Source: an uncultured delta proteobacterium
Lineage (GTDB): Bacteria; Desulfobacterota; Binatia; Binatales; Binataceae
DNA length: 64,000 nucleotides
NCBI GenBank assembly: GCA_963765675.1
Contig: CAVXXK010000001.1
Location: 704,001 to 768,000 of the forward strand
Reading direction: 5' to 3'
The translations under genes and the position numbers were made by a program. The notes beneath the pieces were generated by a model. The model was not told where the DNA came from. It searched no databases and was given only the letters and a program-made list of their open reading frames with translations. Positions 58,487 through 64,000 of the stretch are shown piece by piece (position 1 is the stretch's first letter; each line of letters starts with the position of its first letter).

Positions 58487-59191
58487 TTAGTGGAGCGCCG
58501 GTAGCGGACGCCAGCTGAAACTCACCTGGCCGCCGGCTACGTAACAATCGAGGTCGTGATGCTCCAAGCCCGCGGCTTCGCGTGCGATTCGGAAGTTCTC
58601 GACCGCGCGATGCATTGCATTTGCGCCGGGAGCGCTCGGCCCGCGCTCGATCCGGTCGGCCTTCACTGCGGCTCCGAGATCGACCGCGAGACAGTTGGGA
58701 CCGCAATGCTGCTCGAGCGCGCCCGTTCCAAAGGCCATGCATCGCAGACACAGCACCACGGGCGCGCGCTCGTCGGCTTCGGGACCGAAAAACTCATGTT
58801 CCAGGCGCTCGAGTCCGATTGCGCATTCGGACCATGCCTCGCGCGCCCGCTCAGCCGAAAAGCGGCGAATCGCGCGTGCCAACTCGCGCATCAGCGCCTC
58901 GCTCGAGCGGGGTTTCAGCGCGATGATGCAATCTTCTTCGATCCGTGCCAATGAGCCCAATTGCTTGCTCAGAAAGTGGCGCAGGTTGATCGGGAGCCGG
59001 CTGCCAAGGCTGAGCCGTATCGGCTCGAATTCCTGAGGCTCGGGTGCCGGTTGCTCGGCGCGAATTCGGCGCGTGAACGTCCGCGGCACGCCTAAAGGCG
59101 CAAGCGACGCCAGGCGTTCGAGCGGAGTCGGCGTGCCATAGGCAAATCTCGAGACCTGAGCGCGTCTATGAACGAGCGGGCCATTTCGCAC
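58487..59191 (-). CDS. Hypothetical protein
   Basis: GGAGG RBS before GTG 59191; 234-aa ORF with no recognised domain. Confidence 0.5.
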   Translation of the reverse strand: MRNGPLVHRRAQVSRFAYGTPTPLERLASLAPLGVPRTFTRRIRAEQPAPEPQEFEPIRLSLGSRLPINLRHFLSKQLGSLARIEEDCIIALKPRSSEALMRELARAIRRFSAERAREAWSECAIGLERLEHEFFGPEADERAPVVLCLRCMAFGTGALEQHCGPNCLAVDLGAAVKADRIERGPSAPGANAMHRAVENFRIAREAAGLEHHDLDCYVAGGQVSFSWRPLPALH

Positions 59192-59730
59192 AGGCTGACC
59201 TCCCTGGTTCTCCCGATCCGCGCGTCGCGATCGCCCCGCGCAAAGTCCCCCACGCGCGGCGGCATTCGGCACGATGCCCGAATCCTTTTCCAGGTTGAAA
59301 TTGAAATCTAAACGCTAACGAGATGAGAGTAATGGGAGCGGCAAGATCAGCGAAACTCATTTCCTGCTCAGCCGTCCTATTATTGTGACGCGGACCGAAC
59401 GAACCCGATCGACGACTACAAGATCGCTCCATGCGGGCGCAAGCGCCGGAGCTGGCCAAACGAAGAAGAGCACCGAAACCATCCCGCGCCATGCGCAGCG
59501 GCTCTTTCCACAACCATCAGCCCGCTCAGTATCCCGCAACCGCCTGCAACAATCCCCACACCCCAAGCGGCGGCTTGATGGAACAAGCGCACGAGGGACG
59601 GCCCAATCGATACTAACAGCTTGGGTCGTCTCAGAGCGTGCGACGTTACCAGGCCAACGGCTCCCGGATCGCGCAACTACCGAGTCCTGATTTAGCGCGC
59701 GCCAGATGCTGGAGCAACATTGAAAGATCG

Positions 59731-59756
59731 ATTAATTGAATTAATTGCCCTTGACA
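59731..59756 (+). promoter_or_regulatory. Palindromic operator next to a TTGACA -35 box
   Basis: ATTAATT-G-AATTAAT (59731-59745), then TTGACA at 59751. Confidence 0.5.
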
Positions 59757-59826
59757 ACGAAACGGGTGCGTGACCTTTTTTGGCACATCGGCGGACACCG
59801 CGTCGGCATCTGAATGAGGTGCTCTA

Positions 59827-60855
59827 ATGACACTCGAATCGAGCTTTGAGACTCCGATCACTAAACAGCTCGGGATTAAATTTCCGGTCTTCCAAGCGGG
59901 GATGGGCTTTGTAGCGCATGCCGAGCTTGCCGCCGCGGTATCCAACGCGGGCGGGCTGGGATGTATCGGGTCGGGCTCGATGAGCGCGCGAGAATTAACC
60001 GAGCAAATCCATCGATGCTACGATTTGACCGACCGTCCTTTCGCCGTCGACATTCTTTTTGCCGAAGTTAAGGCCGATCCCAAAAATGCGACGGTTCTGC
60101 GCTATGCCTCGAACGTGCAACGCCTCATCGATATCACCTTCGAGGAGAAAATCCCGGTAATCGTCTCCGGCCTGGGCAATCCGGCCGGAATAGTCCCGCA
60201 AGCGCACAAGGCAGGCGTAGTCGTGATGTCATTGTGCGGCAATGTGAAGCAGGCGCGCCGGCTCGAGGCCTCGGGCGTCGATGTCATTGTCGCGCAGGGT
60301 CACGAAGCCGGAGGGCACACCGGGCGCATCGGCACGATGACGCTGGTGCCGCAGATCGTCGACGCGGTGCGCGTCCCCGTGCTCGCAGCAGGCGGCCTTG
60401 CCGATGGACGCGGCCTTTTGGCGGCGCTCGCGCTGGGAGCCGAAGGCGTATGGATGGGCAGCCGCTTCGTCGCTTCGGTCGAGGCCTTCGCGCATGCCAA
60501 TTACAAGAACAAAATCGTCGAGATCGACGAGGAAGGCACCACTATCACGCGATGCCATTCCGGCAAGCCCTGCCGGCTAATCCGCAACAAATTCACTGAT
60601 TCATGGGTCGGGCGCGAGGCGGAAATCAAGCCGTTTCCGATCCAGTCGGTCGAGTACGGCTTCCCGCTGGCCGAAAAAGCGCGCTACGAAGGCAAGATCG
60701 AAGAGGGCGGGATGGCCTGCGGACAGAGCGCGGGCCTGATCGATTCGATCAAGCCCGCTGGCCAAATCGTCCGCGATGTGATGGCCGAAGCTCAGGCTGC
60801 GCTGGAGGAACGGTTTCTTCGGAGTCGGGCCGCAGCTTCATCGCGCGCCGCCTGA
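59827..60855 (+). CDS. Nitronate monooxygenase/FabK-like flavoprotein
   Basis: QAGMG, AVSNAGGLG, QGHEAGGHTG, AAGGLADGRG, GQSAGLI. Confidence 0.9.
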   Translation: MTLESSFETPITKQLGIKFPVFQAGMGFVAHAELAAAVSNAGGLGCIGSGSMSARELTEQIHRCYDLTDRPFAVDILFAEVKADPKNATVLRYASNVQRLIDITFEEKIPVIVSGLGNPAGIVPQAHKAGVVVMSLCGNVKQARRLEASGVDVIVAQGHEAGGHTGRIGTMTLVPQIVDAVRVPVLAAGGLADGRGLLAALALGAEGVWMGSRFVASVEAFAHANYKNKIVEIDEEGTTITRCHSGKPCRLIRNKFTDSWVGREAEIKPFPIQSVEYGFPLAEKARYEGKIEEGGMACGQSAGLIDSIKPAGQIVRDVMAEAQAALEERFLRSRAAASSRAA

Positions 60856-60958
60856 CAGAGACGAACGCCGCGCGGGTTACGCTTAGGGTCGAAGGATCGA
60901 CCCAATGTAAGTCCTCCATCGCGATCGGCATCGGCTATTTGGGGCTCGCCGCGGCACT

Positions 60959-63037
60959 TTACGGATGTTTGTAACCGACAATCTCTATGAGCTGCGGCGA
61001 GCCGGAAATGGCATTGGATGCTTCCATCGCCGCCATGACGGCTGCCTCGACACATCCGACGTTGAGTCCGCAATCAATCCAGTCACCCACAATATAAAGG
61101 TTGTTGTATCCGGTGTCGGCAGTCTTGATCCGATACTGATTGCTGCGCGGGAGCGACTGAACGTAGCGCTCCGAGGGGTCGCAGTTTGCGCGCCAGAACT
61201 GAGACGCGAAGCGTTTATCTCCCGCTGCCTCACCTCCTCCCACAAGCAAATTCCACCGGAAATCGCCATCGCGAACCGCCGTTGGCCACAACACTTCAAC
61301 ATCGCGGTGCAGAAACTGAATCGCGTTGTCCTTGACGAGATTCGCCTGGGTGACGGGAAACGTCGGATCGGTTGCAGGCGGAAGCGACGGGGGCGTCGGC
61401 ATCGTATTGCAGAAGTAGGCAATACCCTGCGGCTTCTGATCCGCGGGCCATGCTTCGCGATCGATTAGCTGTCGCATATCGGCCCAGGTATCGAACGGCT
61501 CCACGTAACCCGAAAGATCAATCTGTTTTTTCCAACCCAGGCGTTCCATATCTTCGGAGAGCCACACCTGGAAGGATTGCGTCTGAACGGTCGTCACCCG
61601 ATCCACCATCAGCTTCCACTTGGGATTGTTCGGGTCGTTCACTAGCTCCTGAGTGAGGTAGCGTAGCGACCCATGAGAAATACCTAACACCACACGGTCA
61701 AAGTCTTCGCCGGCGATCAAGGTATGCTCGCTCGCGTCCTGCCACTTAGTCCAGAATGACTCGAGGTTATAGAGGTTGTAACCGGTGGCCTTTTCGCTCT
61801 CTCGGCTCTGGTCGCGCAAGTCCGCGCCTTCACGTAGCTGCTCATACAAAGGCTCTGCCGGCCAGCAGGGAAGATCGCAGACGGAAACCAGCGGGCGATA
61901 CTCAGCGGTCTCATCATTCAGGGTTACCTGGCGAGCCATCTCGATCGCGGCGATAGACTGCCGATCCTCGGAAAGCCGCAAGTTTTTTACCCGGTGAAAG
62001 AACCGAAACTGCACTCCGCGTTTCTGCAGCACGAGATAGAGCGGAGCAAAGACGACATCGCCCATCCCGGCTTGCATTTTCCAGAAGATTGCCCCTTTGT
62101 AAGTGAAGGCGATACGGGAGCCCGAACGTAGTGCCTCTCCCGCCGCGAACATGGGCTTGGTGCGGTCCCCATCCTGGTAGGCAAACGCGAGGTCGTACAA
62201 ACCATACAGGACCGCGGATTCATCAGCGACCTGCGCGTCGCAGCCATGCTTCTTCAGCCACTCGCGGTAGTCATATTGATTAATTTTGTCGAGACCGTCC
62301 TTGATTAGACCGTCATCGATGATCCCGCGGATGTTCGCCGCGCAAAGTTCAATGACACACCACAGCCGCCATGTCTCGACGTCGGTGTTGCTTCGCTCCT
62401 GCAACTCTCCTCGTATCCGATTGACAAAGTCGTCAAGAAGATTCAGCAATCCGGCGTGCTGGCCGGAAGTATGCCGCGTGGAATCGAGTGACATTGTTTG
62501 CTTGAATTCCTGCACGGCAAAGAGGGTAGTTTGAAGGGCTCCGCCAAGCAGTGACTCAAGGACGCTCTTCATTAACTCGAAGGCGCGCTCGATGTAGTAC
62601 CACATGTCCCACGAAGGATCGCGAGTGCCGGGATCTCCTGGATTGCGGGAGTCTTCAGGGAAATCAATCGGCCAGACCGACCAATCATTACGAAAGCGAT
62701 CCGCCGCACCCACGAAGCTGGCTTTCTTGAACGCCTCGTCCCAGGTAGCCAGGGGACTACCGGGCGGGCGCCCGAGTTCCGCATAGCATTCCCGAATCAT
62801 TCGGAACGCATTTTCATAGAATCCTAGCCATAAATGCAGTCCGTGCTCTTCGATGCGCCCGTACTGACCGCGTCCGCTGGCTCCCTTGCCGCCAAGGCGC
62901 CAGCCCATTTGATAGACGGTGATACTTTCGAATTTTTCTTTCCACTTGGGATCCCTCGTCAAATGGAATGCGGTTGCGATAGAAGCTGCCCCGCCGCCAA
63001 GGATGACGATCTTTTCGCGTTTGCCGCTGCTAGCCAC
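60959..63037 (-). CDS. FAD/NAD(P)-binding oxidoreductase (amine oxidase/phytoene desaturase-like superfamily)
   Basis: ILGGG, YQMGWRLGGKGASGR, IEEHGLHLWLGFYENAF, GDW..GLNVGCVEAAV. Confidence 0.85.
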   Translation of the reverse strand: MASSGKREKIVILGGGAASIATAFHLTRDPKWKEKFESITVYQMGWRLGGKGASGRGQYGRIEEHGLHLWLGFYENAFRMIRECYAELGRPPGSPLATWDEAFKKASFVGAADRFRNDWSVWPIDFPEDSRNPGDPGTRDPSWDMWYYIERAFELMKSVLESLLGGALQTTLFAVQEFKQTMSLDSTRHTSGQHAGLLNLLDDFVNRIRGELQERSNTDVETWRLWCVIELCAANIRGIIDDGLIKDGLDKINQYDYREWLKKHGCDAQVADESAVLYGLYDLAFAYQDGDRTKPMFAAGEALRSGSRIAFTYKGAIFWKMQAGMGDVVFAPLYLVLQKRGVQFRFFHRVKNLRLSEDRQSIAAIEMARQVTLNDETAEYRPLVSVCDLPCWPAEPLYEQLREGADLRDQSRESEKATGYNLYNLESFWTKWQDASEHTLIAGEDFDRVVLGISHGSLRYLTQELVNDPNNPKWKLMVDRVTTVQTQSFQVWLSEDMERLGWKKQIDLSGYVEPFDTWADMRQLIDREAWPADQKPQGIAYFCNTMPTPPSLPPATDPTFPVTQANLVKDNAIQFLHRDVEVLWPTAVRDGDFRWNLLVGGGEAAGDKRFASQFWRANCDPSERYVQSLPRSNQYRIKTADTGYNNLYIVGDWIDCGLNVGCVEAAVMAAMEASNAISGSPQLIEIVGYKHP

Positions 63038-63087
63038 GATGGGTTCCTCCCCAGTGAGTCATGTGCCGTTGCCTACCCATCGCGGTC

Positions 63088-64000
63088 TTACGGTGTCGTG
63101 TTCGCCCGCCACAGTTCGTGGCCCGGTGGAACAATGAAATCGTATTCGACATGGAAGCTGAGTTTCGGCCTGAGAACACCGGTAGAAAGCCCCAGGTCTT
63201 CTCGGAGCGGATCGCTGGGAAAGTCGTTAAGAGTGATTTCGTAATCTCCCAGCAACCCGCCACCGGTGAACGCGGTGAGTGAAAACGATGAAGCCACGAT
63301 TGATTGATAGCAGGCGCGATCCTGTAGCGCGGTGTCGCGCAATTGCTTGAGAAAGACCAGTGGCACTCCGAGCCCGATCTCTCTGCCGATGTCCAGGAGA
63401 TGTTCTTCTGCCCGCGTGATTTTTATTGGCCCGCCAAACACGCGGTCTGCTATCTCCTTGCACATAGATTCGAAATCTCTGAACACCACCGAGCCGTCCT
63501 CTGGTTTGCCCTCGCCCGCGCAATGTATCTCGATCAAGCGTCTGGTAACCGCTTCCGTGTCTGGTGTGGTGCCGGGAATGACGAGCGTATCGAGAGCGAA
63601 GAGGGTGGGATCTCCCTGTGCTGGCGGCAGCGAGATGGTTCCCAACCGCTTTGGAAATCCATACCCTTCGCGCCCGACGATCAGGGCCGCATCACTGTCG
63701 ACGAAGATATACGGAATGAAGAAGGCAAAGCCCCGGTCTCCGTTGTGAAGCGCGTTGAAATCAAACCCCGGCACGAAGACGGTAAATTCCTGTTCCCTGA
63801 TCCAACCGAGCTTGGGTTCCCTGGCGTTCTGATGCCGCATATCGACGAAGCTGAAAAGAACATAGGCGAACCCGGGAAGGCCGACCGGCCAGAAATCCAC
63901 CGCGCCGCCGGATGGCTTATTCAGGGTGTTGGAAAAGAGCGCGCGCAATTTCTCGAAATCCGCCGCGACTACAAAATTGTTCATGCGGCATCCTTGAATC
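63088..64000 (-). CDS. Acetoacetate decarboxylase-like protein (frame open past the window end)
   Basis: PYIFVD, GREGYGFPK, VFLKQLRD..RACYQSIV. Confidence 0.75.
   Translation of the reverse strand, partial: IQGCRMNNFVVAADFEKLRALFSNTLNKPSGGAVDFWPVGLPGFAYVLFSFVDMRHQNAREPKLGWIREQEFTVFVPGFDFNALHNGDRGFAFFIPYIFVDSDAALIVGREGYGFPKRLGTISLPPAQGDPTLFALDTLVIPGTTPDTEAVTRRLIEIHCAGEGKPEDGSVVFRDFESMCKEIADRVFGGPIKITRAEEHLLDIGREIGLGVPLVFLKQLRDTALQDRACYQSIVASSFSLTAFTGGGLLGDYEITLNDFPSDPLREDLGLSTGVLRPKLSFHVEYDFIVPPGHELWRANTTP

Noticed and set aside
58556-58954. Cys-rich plus-strand ORF
   Set aside because: No RBS or motif; overlaps the minus-strand ORF that has a GGAGG RBS

Overview
High-GC bacterial chromosomal segment. 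Gene content, the split atp operon preceded by a bactofilin gene, and the many oxidoreductases suggest a Deltaproteobacteria-like lineage such as Ca. Binatota (inference only). Contents from left to right: the end of an exopolysaccharide locus with divergent sigma54 promoters; a peptidoglycan turnover-like operon (DOMON-like, DUF1460 amidase, GT2, DUF4922, SpoIID); hydrolases; a tRNA-Sec gene; a sulfatase cassette; a hidden PrdB/GrdB-like selenoprotein (in-frame UGA plus SECIS-like hairpin, split by the ORF track); tpx coupled to a cobamide salvage/remodelling operon; cobalamin riboswitch and btuB; glnE; mltD-like; aroA; atpF'FHAGDC; miaB; rpsU; a flavoprotein/ADC-like pair. Several single-base frameshifts, including one in aroA, point to assembly indel errors. 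The most unusual signals are the orphan selenoprotein and a mirror-symmetric shift to A-ending codons in the two genes converging on a short GTCTTNGT-repeat element at about 53.8 kb. I saw no CRISPR array, integrase or transposase.
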